Source: Octopus bimaculoides (Eukaryota). Taken from it: a stretch of DNA of 64,000 nt. Made by a program: the position numbers and the translations under genes. The notes beneath the pieces are model-generated. The model worked only from the letters and a program-made list of their open reading frames with translations. It was not told the DNA's origin and ran no database searches. Of this stretch, positions 1-12,608 are shown in pieces. Positions within the stretch are counted from its first letter, which is position 1, and the number at the start of each line of letters is the position of its first letter. The DNA lies in assembly GCF_001194135.2 (NCBI RefSeq), contig NC_068987.1, forward strand, positions 81,221,635-81,285,634. Direction: 5' to 3'.

Positions 1-959
1 TCTACCAAAATTGAACATGCATTTTCAGAGGTATATTCAACATTGCTTTAATATTGTCCAGGTCTTTGCAAATTTTAAAAGCAAAGTTATCATGGATTCT
101 GTTAAAAACATACTATGAATTTCAGTAGAATTATTGAATTAACAATATCACGAATAGATATTGAAAGCTTAATTTCTGATTTATATTCTGCACTCTTTAA
201 CATGTTCTACTCTATTAAAACTGAAATAATTTTGATCTTATTTCACGATTTGTTTTCTCTTGAGATTCAATACAACTAAGTAATTTTAGTCACTTTTTGT
301 ATTTTTTCATTATTTAATTTTATATATTTTATTACTTTACTTCTTTATTCTAAGAAATTGAGCTAGTGTACTTTACCTTAATGGTAATCTTTAGACCGGT
401 GATAGGTATCTTGTTGTTGATAGGCAATTTTGATTGCCAGTGATAGGCAATTTTGAACAGCATGACTAATGAAAAATTACTTTGAACTGTTTTAATAGTG
501 TGGGCCACCTAATGATGAGTCATGTCTCATGCCACCCTCTTCTTGGAAAATGGTTCAGAAAGTTAAATCAGTTTTGTTGCATAAAATTTTCAATGCAGTG
601 CTTTACTCTTTGATTATATTTACCAATAAAATTGCATTTAGACCCAGAATCTGTAGGCAAGTGAAGTTATGTTTTTTGGTTTCACACAAAATATTTTGAA
701 TTTCGATTTTAAGAAATGTGTTCCTTGTCATATTGTAGCCATCATTTTTCTACTGGAAATGTCATTATTTTTCATATTCTAATTTTCTTTTGATGTCTCT
801 TATATATAAAAGCTACTTACAAACCTTTTACGAGTTTTACAATATCTGAATGTAGATGTTTCAAAAAAGTTTTGTACATAATTGTAGTAATGCTGCGAGA
901 CAATTTTCAATTAACAAAATTGACTCAGTTTATTATCATCATTGGAATTACTATATTGG

Positions 960-1110
960 TCTCTAATATAGGTACATGGGAAAGAAAACTGTTGATTATA
1001 TGGATTCTCAGTACTTGATTGAATTTTTTTTTATTTCCCTTAGAAGGGGGAAATGCAAAATCGATCTCAAAGGAAACTGAACTCAGAACATAAAGGAACT
1101 TAACTAAATA
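960..1110 (-). mobile_element. Degenerate tRNA-derived SINE (family A)
   Basis: Weak match (ataggtacatggg...tcgatctcaaaggaaactgaactcagaacataaagg) to the clearer family A copies immediately downstream. Confidence 0.45.
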
Positions 1111-1160
1111 CCACAAGGTATCTTATGAGTCTGTTAGTCTACCTTCATCTAAAGGAACTA

Positions 1161-1366
1161 TATTACGGATTTTAAATTCTGGCACAAGGCCAGCAATTTT
1201 GGGGGAGGGGATAATCGATTACATCAACCCCAGTGATCAGCTGGTATTTCTTTTATTGACCCTGAAAGGATGAAAGACACAGGAGACCTTCAACAGACAT
1301 AAGGGTGGACAAAATGTCACTAAGCATTTTTCCTGCAGTGCTGATGATTGTGTCAATTTGCTGCTT
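1161..1366 (-). mobile_element. tRNA-derived SINE, family A
   Basis: ggcacaaggccagcaattttgggggagggg...gattacatcaaccccagt...ttattgaccctgaaaggatgaaag; homologous to about ten other copies in the window. Confidence 0.8.
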
Positions 1367-1377
1367 TTAAAAGAACA

Positions 1378-1592
1378 ATAATATTGGTTTCAAATCTTGG
1401 TACAAGGCCAGCGATTTTGGGGGAGAGGGGGTAAGTTCATTACATCAACCCCAGTAGTCATTATTTTATCAACTCTAAATGGATGACAGGTAAAGTCAAC
1501 CTCATCAGAATTTGAACTGAGAATGTATAGACAGACGAAATGCCACTGAGCATTTTGCCCGGCATGCTAACAATTCTGCCAGCTTGCTGTCC
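1378..1592 (-). mobile_element. tRNA-derived SINE, family A (near full length)
   Basis: Tail aatattggtttcaaatcttggtacaaggcc, reverse B-box gaatttgaactgag, head ttctgccagcttgc. Confidence 0.85.
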
Positions 1593-1675
1593 TATTAAAG
1601 AACTATAATATTGAAATCAGAAAGACAGCTTCATATGTCTTTAATCCTCAATGTAATACTTCTTTAACTGTAAGT

Positions 1676-1906
1676 TTAATCCTTTTGATACCAACCCACC
1701 TGAAACCACCTCTGGCTCTGTAAGTACAAATGTCTTATTTTCAAGAGTTCTGAATTAAAATCTTCTGCTAAACCTTAGTCACAATTTATGTTCCTAACAC
1801 TAGCTTCATGATAACTAAATTATGTTACTAAATTCTTTGTTATATTTAAAATTAATTGAAAGAAACAGAGCATCTCAACAGAAATATGGTAAAAAAAAAG
1901 GGTTAA
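1676..1906. mobile_element. TTAA-flanked MITE (piggyBac-like non-autonomous element)
   Basis: TTAA at 1676-1679 and 1903-1906; imperfect termini ccttttgatacc / ggtaaaaaaaaaggg; no ORF; a partial inverted copy lies at about 8370-8493. Confidence 0.65.
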
Positions 1907-2175
1907 ATTGCAACAGAAATGAGGTACCATGCATGCAATGCATACAGTCCTGAAAAAAAAAACATTTTATTTAAATATCAATGAAAATATGAACAAAACT
2001 ATAAGTATCAGTATATAGTTGAAATCAACATATAGGAAAGGTGTAGAAGCTTTCCCATGTGAATTCTTCAAATTTTGTAGAAGTAAGCTACTTAGAATAA
2101 GGATGGGAATTATTAAATATGTAAAGTTATCTAAAAGAATCAAAGTATAGTTTTATATGAACCGTATCTTTTAGT

Positions 2176-2498
2176 GTGAAGGTGTGTGACTCAGTGGTTA
2201 GGGTAATTGGCTCATGATTGTAAGGTAATGGGTTCAACTCCCGGTGACACATTGTGACTTTGAACAAAACACTTTATTTCACATTGCTCCAGTCCACTCA
2301 ACTGGCAAAAATGAGTTGTACCTGTAATTCAAAGAACCAGCCTTGTCACATTCTGTGTCACGGTGAATCTCCCTGAGAACTGCATTAAGGGAATGTTTGT
2401 CTGTGGAGTGCTCAGCTACTTGCACATTAATTTCATGAGCAGGCTGTTCCTTTGATTGAATCAAGTGGAACTCTCATCATCATAACTGATGAAGTACC
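2176..2498 (+). mobile_element. tRNA-derived SINE, family C
   Basis: Pol III A-box-like tgactcagtgg and B-box gggttcaactccc, followed by gctccagtccactcaactggcaaaaatgagt and a tail. Confidence 0.75.
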
Positions 2499-3149
2499 AT
2501 TATTATTATGCTTTTGTATAATATTCATTTGATCCAATTCTTGATAATAAATGCAAGTAGCAATTGAATATGTATGCAAATGTATAGTAATGTTAGAAAG
2601 TGTATTATGTCAAGTTTATATCTTTAAAATGGCAAATGCTTTTTAGGGTATCAATCTGATTTTGGTTGCTATGTTTCTTGTTCTCCTTCACATGTACCCA
2701 GCAGTTATAACACTCTGGTAAAATTTCCATTTCCTTTCATCAGTTACTTAAAACATTTGAGATAAAATTCAAAATTCATGAAACTGAAGGACTATGAAAA
2801 TATTTGCATTTTCTTTCAGATTGTCAACTAACAATTCAGGTGGCATCCAATTTCCATTTTAAATAGTTGTTGTAAATATTGAAGTGTAATAGAAAAAGAT
2901 AAATTCAGTTTCTGGAATTTTGTTTCTGGTCAATTTGTTGGCAGCACTGAACAATACTATTTGGTTGCAGTTAACTTATTATTAAACTCACCAAAGACGT
3001 AAGTGTCTGTGCAATGTAGTCACTATTCATAAAAGTTTTTAAATGTCTTCATCACGTTCTTATAAAGAGACCTTTGTACAAATATCTTGAATAATTCATA
3101 TAGCTTCAAAATCACTCTGCCTATGTGTGCTTTTTGGTATTTATAAACC

Positions 3150-3152
<3 letters not shown>

Positions 3153-3222
<70 letters not shown>

Positions 3223-3255
3223 CAGTACACACACACACACACACTCACACACACA
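3153..3255. repeat. Compound microsatellite (TA)n-(TG)n-(AC)n
   Basis: Directly visible; the source of ORF-track entries 3121..3339 and 3125..3307. Confidence 0.98.
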
Positions 3256-3739
3256 GATATATTCTAAAATGCAATTTAGGATTTCAAATGCCATCATTTC
3301 AAAGTAAAAGGAATATGATAGATTTTTGATTCTGTACAACTTATATAAAATACAAGGACATTGCTACAACTTTGGCCTCAATTTCAGGAGCCTCGTAAAT
3401 TTGTGCTGGCTTACTTCATAAAATGGAGGCACATCAATGATGTGTTGATGGTCAGTCGCTGATCATTGTTGCACAGTAATGAATTTACTGTTTTACTGGA
3501 CATGCATCACTTAAATCTCATATATTTCAGTATTTTCAAATATAAGTGGAACTCATGAATGACACCAGGGATTGCAAAATCTTCAATAAAGCAAACATCC
3601 TGCTGCAGGATATAAATGCATCTGTAAATAATGATTGTTGCCTATGAGCAGTGTGATATTGTTTTGCAAAACAGAAGTGGACATTTGGAATATCCTTTCA
3701 AGTTCTTAGACAGTCAAGATGGTTGCCATTTTCAATTAC

Positions 3740-4054
3740 AGCAAGTGTCTTCTACTATAGTCTCAGGTTGACCAAAACCTTGTGAGAGGATTTGGTAGAT
3801 GGAAACTGAAAGAAGCCTGTTGTATATATACATGTGCGTGTGTGTGTATATATATTTGTGTCTGTGTTTGTCGCCCCACCATCGCTTGACATTCGACATT
3901 GGTGTGTTTACATCCCCATAACTTAGCAGTTCAGCAAAAATGACTGATAAAATAAGTACTAGGCTTACAAAGAATAAATCCTGGGGTCGATTTGTTTGAC
4001 TAAAGGTGGTGCTACAGCATGGCTGCAGTCAAAGGACTGAAACAAATAAAAGAA
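3740..4054 (+). mobile_element. SINE family B (5'-truncated; CORE-like head, internal microsatellite, tail type 1)
   Basis: gcaagtgtcttctactatag...gatttggtagatggaaactgaaagaagcc, then (TA/TG)n, then gtttgtcgccccaccatcgcttgac...gactgaaacaaataaaag; homologous to 38390-38785. Confidence 0.85.
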
Positions 4055-4085
4055 TATATGCATGTGTGTGTGTGGGGGGGGGATA

Positions 4086-5293
4086 CACAGATATGACAGA
4101 AGTAAATAGACATCCTATAAAAGACTGTTGTATGCTTATTTTAACTTGAAATGGTTTATATTTTTTTATTAGTTGACATATTTCTGTTTCAGGTTCTATA
4201 TATGACTGTTTAATCATGCCACACACAAAAGATGGCTTGGACCTGTTCAAATTCCAAAGATACTGTATTGTGAGTCCGTCTGAAGGTGGACCTAGTCAGA
4301 GTAAAATCACAGGAAACCTTGGGATCCCACTTTCTACAGTTAACAGAATGATCGTGCAATTCACCAGGGAGGACCAGGAGTCCACATTACCTTGCCCAAG
4401 TCAACCAGGACTCTTTGCTTTGTTAATTGAAGTGTAGAAGATAATCCTTGTTGCATAGCAGAACAAGTTGATGTCAATTCCAGAACAGCTGTCAGGTATC
4501 TCCACAAACTTGGCTGCTATGGTAGAGCAGCAAGAAGGAAGCCACTTCTTCAGCCAGCCAATATTAAGTGGAGAAAAGATTGGGCCAGTGAAATGGTGAG
4601 GAGGCCACAAACAATGGGACACTATCATATTCTCTGAGAAGTCCAAATTTGCCGTATTTTTGGCAGTGATAGAGTGTAGGTCTGGAGACTCTGTGATCAA
4701 GAATTCGATGTGGAAAGATTGCAGCCAACAGTGAAACATGGCAGCTATTCTGTGATGGTCTGGGGAGCAATTTGGAGCAATAGTCAGAGCTAGAGGAGTG
4801 TGAGGGAAACATAAGTTCAGATAAATATGTGTCCATATTGTAGAAAGGATTCCTTCCAATCTTCTCCAGTGGTGAAATGATTAAAGGAGACTCTTTATCT
4901 ATGGAAGATGGGGCTCCTTGTCACATGGCTAAAATGACCCAAGGCTGGTTGGAAGAGAATGGCAATAAAAAGCTTCCAGTCACCAGATATGAACCCTATT
5001 GGATACCTCTGGGTCATAATGAACAGAACACTTCATAAAAAGAAAACAAAGCATACTCAAAGCCAGATCTTTCGAGGTTACTGCATGAAACTTGGGAAGA
5101 AATTCTGCAAGAGAATATTCGTCATCTGATCTGTAACATGTCTAATAGGATCCTTGCATTGTAAAATGTAAAGGGCATGTCTACTAAATATTAGATATTC
5201 ATATTATAATAATTAATAAATAATTTGAATGTATAATTTCAGATTTGAATCAATTTTAACAAGTATAAGGTTGTCTATTTACTTCTGTCATGC

Positions 5294-5300
<7 letters not shown>
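4086..5300 (+). mobile_element. Tc1-family DNA transposon, full length with decayed transposase
   Basis: About 30-bp TIRs: cacagatatgacagaagtaaatagacatcc (4086, after TA) and ggttgtctatttacttctgtcatgcctctgtg (ends 5300). Transposase remnants: HTH LGIPLSTVNRMIVQF (ORF 4216..4437), WDTIIFSEKSKF (4615), [16 protein letters not shown] (4904), SPDMNPI (4980). Frameshifts and stops. Confidence 0.92.
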
Positions 5301-5342
<42 letters not shown>

Positions 5343-5366
5343 AAGATATATATATATATATATATA

Positions 5367-5620
5367 NNNNNNNNNNNNNNNNNNNNNNNNNNNNNNNNNN
5401 NNNNNNNNNNNNNNNNNNNNNNNNNNNNNNNNNNNNNNNNNNNNNNNNNNNNNNNNNNNNNNNNNNNNNNNNNNNNNNNNNNNNNNNNNNNNNNNNNNNN
5501 NNNNNNNNNNNNNNNNNNNNNNNNNNNNNNNNNNNNNNNNNNNNNNNNNNNNNNNNNNNNNNNNNNNNNNNNNNNNNNNNNNNNNNNNNNNNNNNNNNNN
5601 NNNNNNNNNNNNNNNNNNNN
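5367..5620. other. Assembly gap flanked by (TG)n/(TA)n and (CA)n
   Basis: Run of N. Confidence 1.
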
Positions 5621-5670
<50 letters not shown>

Positions 5671-6229
5671 TAATATTCAAGTTATAGAGGATGAATTGTT
5701 CTATATGATAACCTTTCTAGATAACAGCTGGCTTCAAAAATCAAATGCAAATTAGCAATGTTTTCTTTGCATTTTGTTTTGTTTTGCTCTGTTAACCTGG
5801 TTAGTTTATCCCATTTAAAATAATATTGTAAAAAATGAATGAATTCTCCAGTGAAAATAATACTTTCCAATATCTTTAGTTATATATTACGAAAAAGACA
5901 TATATGGTTACGAAGAATACTATTTCAACATAACTGTTTGGGAATTGGAGATTTATGTAAACTTCATTGCAAATAAGAATCGTTAGATTTATGTAAATTT
6001 TCCAATTATCATAAAATGTCTTGCAAATAAAATGAATAATCTCTTATGTAAGCAGAAAGCATTATTAAAATGAAAATGTGTTTATGAAATGTTATTACCC
6101 TCAAAATAAAATTATACCTCCAAGAACAGGATGAGATTGCTGTAAGAATTTGAATGGGTTTTAAGAATGATAGTGCCATGACTTCTAACTGTAGCTGTGG
6201 AAAAGTTTTTATCATGCTGTTTTTATCAT

Positions 6230-6960
6230 AGTATTGTGGAGTGGAGTTTGTGATCTAACCGCCAAAACTTCACACCCTATTTTCCTCATCAGGACTTCGA
6301 GAGTGATTCATACTCGTCATGTCAGATGAGTACAACTGAAGAATTTATAACTTGATCAAAATGTATGGTAATGTGTAAAGCAAAATAAACATGTAAAGTC
6401 AATACATACTAGTTGAAGGCAGCTTTAGTAAAAGTTAGCTGAACAAAGTTTACTATGTAGAATGAGCTTATGTGGCACCAAAAGAATAGAATTCTGATGT
6501 GGGTTATGTGCTTTATTGAAGAAAAAGTAATGAGATGGTTGAAGAATGTTGTGTACATAAGACTGGGGTGTGTATGACCAGTATAGTTGAAAATGATGAG
6601 GTATGAAACAAACTCATCATCAGAAGGCGTTGCTGCAATCTTACATATCAACCATTTCTTGACAAGTTCTTAACAGCCCTAATACATATTGAATCAAAGT
6701 ATTATAGGTAGATGGTGGGAAGAAAATTCATCTCAGGCTCATGAGAATGACATTCAGAAGCAGGCAGCAACAAAAGAAGGCCACTTCATTTTCCAAGTAT
6801 ATCTAGAGCTTGATGGAGAAAGGAATTGACAACATGAAATTATCTTGGTGTATTGTTGAAACTGACAATTCAAAGAACAAATATATTCATTTAAATGAAA
6901 TTCACCTTCTTTACATCATTTGATCACATTTAATTTATATAAGATATGAAGAATGACAAA
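6230..6960 (+). mobile_element. Penelope-like retroelement remnant (GIY-YIG endonuclease / C-terminal region)
   Basis: One frame at about 6758-6920 reads MRMTFRSRQQQKKATSFSKYI*SLMEKGIDNMKLSWCIVET, resembling the PLE GIY-YIG C-terminus (HKxSFR...TxLSKYIWxLK...xxWxI). Heavily degraded. Confidence 0.5.
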
Positions 6961-7741
6961 GGGAAATAAAAAGACAATAAATACATCCTAAAAACGTGTG
7001 CAAGGTAATTTCTTAAGATATGGGTGACAATATGTTCAACAAAGAACTCAATAAATATATAAATCAGTCTTATTTGGTTTATGACTTGCTCGTCTACTAT
7101 ATCTTATTCTAAAATTATTGTCTTATCTTTCTTTTTTATGGGCTTCCATGCAGAAGTATATATAACATTTATCTTGTAATTGTTCTCTTTTCCAATAGAC
7201 ATTTTTCTTTCTGAATTATTTCATAGACTGCAAAGTTTCCTGGAACTGACTTTTAATACGTATTCTTATTTCTATTTAGAAACTACAATTTCTATTTTCA
7301 GCACTCTAACACTATTTCTTTGATGAATTGTCCTCACCTTTTCTTTACTAAAATTATTGTGTTGCAGTTAAATATATAGAATGGAATATTTATTTCTTCT
7401 TTTGAGTAAATGAAGGAAATTTATATTGTTAATCCTAGAAAATTAATGGCTGTATTGTTATTAAAAATATATAAAAAATACAGTTTCTTTGTATACTTAT
7501 TGAGTATTACATTTTCTTTCTTAATATTGAATCTATGTGAGAGTAAATCATTCTGCTGCTATTTTTGCAAAATCAATCAATGAAGAAAAAAGAAAGATAA
7601 TGTTTTTTTTTATAGTTCAGCATTAAATAGCAGTTGCACTTGTAATTGTTTTCAATGTTTTTGGTTATTATTTACTTAATGAAATATTCTAAGTTTACCT
7701 CCATTTGAAGAATGAGTTCTCAAGTGAATTTAAAACTCACT

Positions 7742-8055
7742 TGTTGTTTAACCACAGGTCAATCCTGATAGACATGACCACTTTTTAAAGACAGTAGGGA
7801 AGTTGGCTGGATAGTAGTGAAATTTGGTTACTATTTCTAGCCAGTTGACTTTTTGATGCATATAAAAAAACTCAGCAGCTGTAGTATAGTAACTTAATCC
7901 CATTTCATCTCTGAACAAACAGACCTATGACGAAAGGCATTCCAGCCATGGCCAGTTTATCCTCTATACATGTGCCTTATGTAATGTTTGTCTTTTGTAA
8001 GGCAACAGAATATGATTTGAGGGAGATTTGACTGTCATTTGTAGCAGGTTGGCGA
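7742..8055 (+). repeat. Two degenerate copies of interspersed repeat family D
   Basis: tttaaccacaggtcaatcctgatagac...ttactatttctagc and agacctatgacgaaaggcattccagccatggcc...gagggagatttgactgtcatttgtagcagg; related copies at about 18610-18670 and 33795-33975. Confidence 0.55.
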
Positions 8056-8167
8056 CTGTGTGATAATCTCACTTTAGTTATCATATTTTTGTTGAAATAC
8101 ACTGCCTTTGTTTAAATTAATTTTGAAAATAACAAAGAATTTAGAAAAATAACTTTGTCATTATTAA

Positions 8168-8362
8168 ACTGACAGGATCATTAGTATGCTGGCATCTCAT
8201 TTCTTTATGCTTTGAATTCAAATTCAGCCGAGGTCACCTTGGTCTTTCATACTTGCAGGATTGATGAAATAAGTACCAGTTGAGCAGTGGGGTTGATGTA
8301 ATCAACTAGTCCACCCCTTCCCATAAAATTCCAGACCCTGTGTCTATAGTAGAAAGTATTAT
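8168..8362 (+). mobile_element. tRNA-derived SINE, family A
   Basis: ctgacaggatcattagtatgc...gaattcaaattcagccgaggtcacc...aaataagtaccagttgagcagtggggttgatgtaatc...tatagtagaaagtattat. Confidence 0.8.
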
Positions 8363-8369
8363 CAAGCTG

Positions 8370-8493
8370 GTGTTTGGAACATAAATTAACATGAAATTTT
8401 GTCAGAAGATTTTAATTTAAAACAATTTTTAAAAAAAGTAAGTTTGTAGAATGAAGAGTTGCCTTAGGTAGGATAGTATCAAAAAGGGTTAGG
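8370..8493 (-). mobile_element. Partial inverted copy of the TTAA MITE at 1676-1906
   Basis: Reverse complement shares cccttttgatac and aaatcttctg...aatttatgttcc...aacac with 1680-1805. Confidence 0.55.
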
Positions 8494-11210
8494 CAAATTT
8501 TTATCGGTTGACAAACGCACTGTTGTAAAAGTATTTTATCAACACAAACTGAAATTTATTAATGGTAACCTTAGATGCTAAAGAGGCATTTACCTTCTTT
8601 CAAAATCTGAGATACTGGATGGGATTGTAGCAGTTGAATTTGCTATTTTAGAAATTGTTAACAGAAAACTGTTAACCCAGATTATAATCTCTTATTATCA
8701 TTTAAGAGAATTTTAAGCTTTTTAACTATTCATCATATAGTCATATGTTCAAATCTTTATTACCATTAGGTTGTGTTTTTGAACAAGTCATCTAACTATG
8801 TTTACTCTGGTTTACATGACTGAATGTAAGAAAAAGAGTTCAAAGTCTTCTTTGACAGCCAAGCAGTTAACTATCAGAAATGCACCCAGCTGTAAAACCA
8901 ATAACTTCAGTAGATAAATCCTTCATCTATGTATGAAAGAATGGCTGTAAAACAGTTATACTCATGGTACAAAACTTTATCTTATGTAAAACATATGTGA
9001 TAGGTATTTAATTGTCTAATAGCCAATTCAACACAACATCTAATTATTTTCTGAAGGTGTTAATACTATTTCTGCTAAATATTATTAGTTGCAATATCAC
9101 AGTAACATGTAACTTGAACATAAATGCATTACAAAAGGTAATAATTGCAAAGATAAATAGGTTTATGTTTGCCTGAGCTTGGCTTGATATAATACTTTTA
9201 TGGCATTCTTGTCCTTTAGTGTAATTGTAACAGGTCAGCAAAATATCTTACACTAAGTAAAAAAAAAAATTATATGGGAAAACAGACTTAAAGGAAACTT
9301 GAAAACTCAAGATGATATGTGAATGAAACTATGATAACAGTGTTTAGGAAACAAATCAGTTTATGCTAGGTTTTGAATGGAAATGTACATCAACTACCAC
9401 AGATTTAGCTTTCAGTTGCTATTATTGCTCCACTGAAATAAAATTGTTATTAAAGATATCTGCAATGATATGTTACTGAAAATATTTTTCAGGAATTGTA
9501 TTAACTCCTTTGAAAAGCATTGTATTCTTTTGCAAACCTTTCCATGAAATCAAAATTACAATATAGGAAGAAAATTATAGTATATGAAAATAAATTGTAC
9601 CTACATAGAGCAAAATGACATTATAAATTTGATGTGAGCATTAAAAACATTATTATTAGGTAAAGAGAAACTGAGTGTCAGTGTTGTAGTTTGCAAATAT
9701 CATTTTATCATTTTATGTAGTTGTAAGCTCTGGGTAAGATAAATTTCTATTTCAAATTATTCCTGTTTCAGGTTAGATATATAAACTCTAAAAATAATAA
9801 AAATAGTCTGCCAAAATTATTTGAAAGCAAATTTCATTTCATAATGGAAAAATGTACTTTTTAATGTTTTATTTATTGAATTGAAGAAAGAATGGAAAAC
9901 GATAAAGTGCTATTTACAGTTCCAAGCAAGTCTTCTATTTTTCATTATTTTCAAGAATATTTTGTCAGAATCATCAAAAGTATTTTAACATACTCATTCA
10001 AACTGGCAAGTCTTAGTTTGAAGTACAAATTCTGATTTCTACCTTCACATCTGCTCTTTAATATTCTCATGGAAATTAATTTGTAATTTCTTTTAATTAT
10101 CTCTGTTTTCCATTGAGAAACAATAATAATTGTCATTAGGTGTTTGTTTTCTTTTTCCAAAAAACGAAATAAATTTCAATCTGCTATGAACTTTAGCATG
10201 TAATTTTCAATACATCACTATCTCAAAATTTATGCAATTAATCTACTTGAATCACTTTTCTTAGCTCATTCAATGCAGTTGTGCACTTTACTGCCCAAAC
10301 TGTACAATGCTATTTTCTTGAAAAAAATCTTTGTCCACTGATTTGATTTGCTGATGTAGCCCAAATAAGACCAAAACATGTTCATTATTGTCGCTGCAAA
10401 TAAAGAGGAATATATAAACTGGCTTCCAAAAGAAAATATATCCACAACACTGTTGATATAATTATAGTAATTCATTTGGGTTATAATATATTCTAATAAT
10501 CATGCTAAGAAAACTTCCTTCTTTTCTCAGATACAACAAAGATAAAGAAATAGGAGGATCCCAAGTATCCTAAATATACATATTTGAAGTTAAGGAGACT
10601 AATAGTAAGCAACAGTTACAAACAAAAAATTCTATCAAAGCCAGTGTGAATCATTTAAGCATTTTTTTTTCTATATTAGCATGAGTCTCTTGAAAACTCA
10701 GCATCATCCTGTTTGGGCTGCTCTGCATTTTGAGATCTGGCTTTATCAGTTGACATTTCATAGTCTTTTGATCTGATCACATCTTCTGTTAGAATACAAT
10801 ACTTCTTCACTGAGCACTTTTTGTCCATTCACTTCACATCCCCATATCACTTTTTATATATGCTTGGTGCTTGTGTGTATTTGATATAGCTAGAGGTATC
10901 CATATTACTAAGGTATGCATTTCTGTTTCTACGTAAGCTTTTTGTAAAAGTGTGTAATCTCTTTCTCTGGTTCTAATTATGGCATTGGGTTTGTTTGCTA
11001 TTATATTTGACAGTGTATTTGTCAGTTATTTGTATATTACTATTTACAGAATTTACGTATTGCTTAGGTAAATTCATTGCCAAATTTATAAAAGTCCTCA
11101 TTTATTTTAAATATTTCCTCATTCGCTGAGAGTTTATTAATTTGGATTGATATACACTATTGATCTGGTTATACTTTTTGGGTGAATGTATCTAAGGTTA
11201 GTATTAGGTT

Positions 11211-11274
11211 TATGATAAGGCCTGTGTATATCTGTGCTTAGATATGATAAGGCCTGTGTATACCTGTACTTAGA
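11211..11274. repeat. 32-bp tandem duplication (2 copies)
   Basis: tatgataaggcctgtgtatatctgtgcttaga / tatgataaggcctgtgtatacctgtacttaga. Confidence 0.95.
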
Positions 11275-12228
11275 TCTAAATTAACATCAAGAAAGTTAAC
11301 TGAGTTATGTTCCTTTTCTATAAATATTGAGACTCCTATGTTTTTAAAGAATCTAAAAAATGTTTTCCTATATTTTTCTATGTTTCAGTTTGAGAGGTTA
11401 AACTGGGTGAAAAGTGCATTATCCCTGTATAGACCCCTTCATATTTTTATGAGTTCCTTATACAGGTAGAATAAAATGTATGTCTCAATTAGGTCTGTTA
11501 CCTGTGCAGAGTCTGTCTATCCCATTGTTATATCAAACATCTCTGGTCTATACTTTCTCACCCAGTACTTTCCCTTAAATTTTATAATTCTAAAGCACAT
11601 GTTTATCAACTTTTTGATGTTTACATCATTCCCAAGTACAAAATGCGTGCACACACACACACACATAATAAGCATCTGCATATATATATCTTTCAGCACT
11701 TTCTGCTTGGAAATGTAAACACAAGAAAGAAAACTGATATACATGTGCTTTCAAACAAAAATACTTTGTACAGCATTTGTTCCACTTGAGTTCCACAGAT
11801 ACTTTCCTGTCACTTGCATCATCATAAAGGTAGTGAGCCAGTGACTGTTCTGTTTCAAACCTGTAACCGATGGCATTATACTTCACAGAATGCAATATAA
11901 AATAAAATACAATTAAATAACTATAACAGTATTTCTCTTAAACAACTACTGCATCATTTCTCTTGTCAGCTAGGGGCATTATCATGTTGATGACATCTTG
12001 AGGGAAATTGATTGAATTTATTTTCTTCTGGGAGAGAGATGTCCTTATGTGTGAAAGGTGGTTTTCTTTAGTACACTTTGGGCTGTCAATTGTAGTTAGC
12101 TCTTTTAATGTGTTTTTCTCTTTCTAGTTTGCTCCTTAATGTCTAGGTAAAAAGAACAAACAAAAACAACTCCTAAATTTTATTTATGAATTAAATTTTA
12201 AAATAGCAATTTGCTTATATATATATGT

Positions 12229-12263
<35 letters not shown>

Positions 12264-12608
12264 NNNNNNNNNNNNNNNNNNNNNNNNNNNNNNNNNNNNN
12301 NNNNNNNNNNNNNNNNNNNNNNNNNNNNNNNNNNNNNNNNNNNNNNNNNNNNNNNNNNNNNNNNNNNNNNNNNNNNNNNNNNNNNNNNNNNNNNNNNNNN
12401 NNNNNNNNNNNNNNNNNNNNNNNNNNNNNNNNNNNNNNNNNNNNNNNNNNNNNNNNNNNNNNNNNNNNNNNNNNNNNNNNNNNNNNNNNNNNNNNNNNNN
12501 NNNNNNNNNNNNNNNNNNNNNNNNNNNNNNNNNNNNNNNNNNNNNNNNNNNNNNNNNNNNNNNNNNNNNNNNNNNNNNNNNNNNNNNNNNNNNNNNNNNN
12601 NNNNNNNN
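12264..12608. other. Assembly gap
   Basis: Run of N between (TA)n and the Tc1 transposase. Confidence 1.

Noticed and set aside
2176-2250. tRNA-like A and B boxes (also in family A and B heads)
   Set aside because: No complete cloverleaf; they continue into SINE bodies, so they are SINE heads.
2647-2998. Two adjacent + strand exon-like segments with an intron of about 100 bp
   Set aside because: Every phase combination gives a stop at or just after the junction.
3121-5755. ORFs reading CVCV/THTH/YIYI or running through X (also at 12198-12775, 28625, 34436-34793)
   Set aside because: Translations of dinucleotide microsatellites and N gaps, not genes.
11626-11895. 89-aa minus ORF (MHSVKYNAIGYRFETEQSLAHYLYDD...)
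   Set aside because: Weak splice context, runs into a (TG)n repeat, no recognisable homology, and conflicts with + strand candidates.
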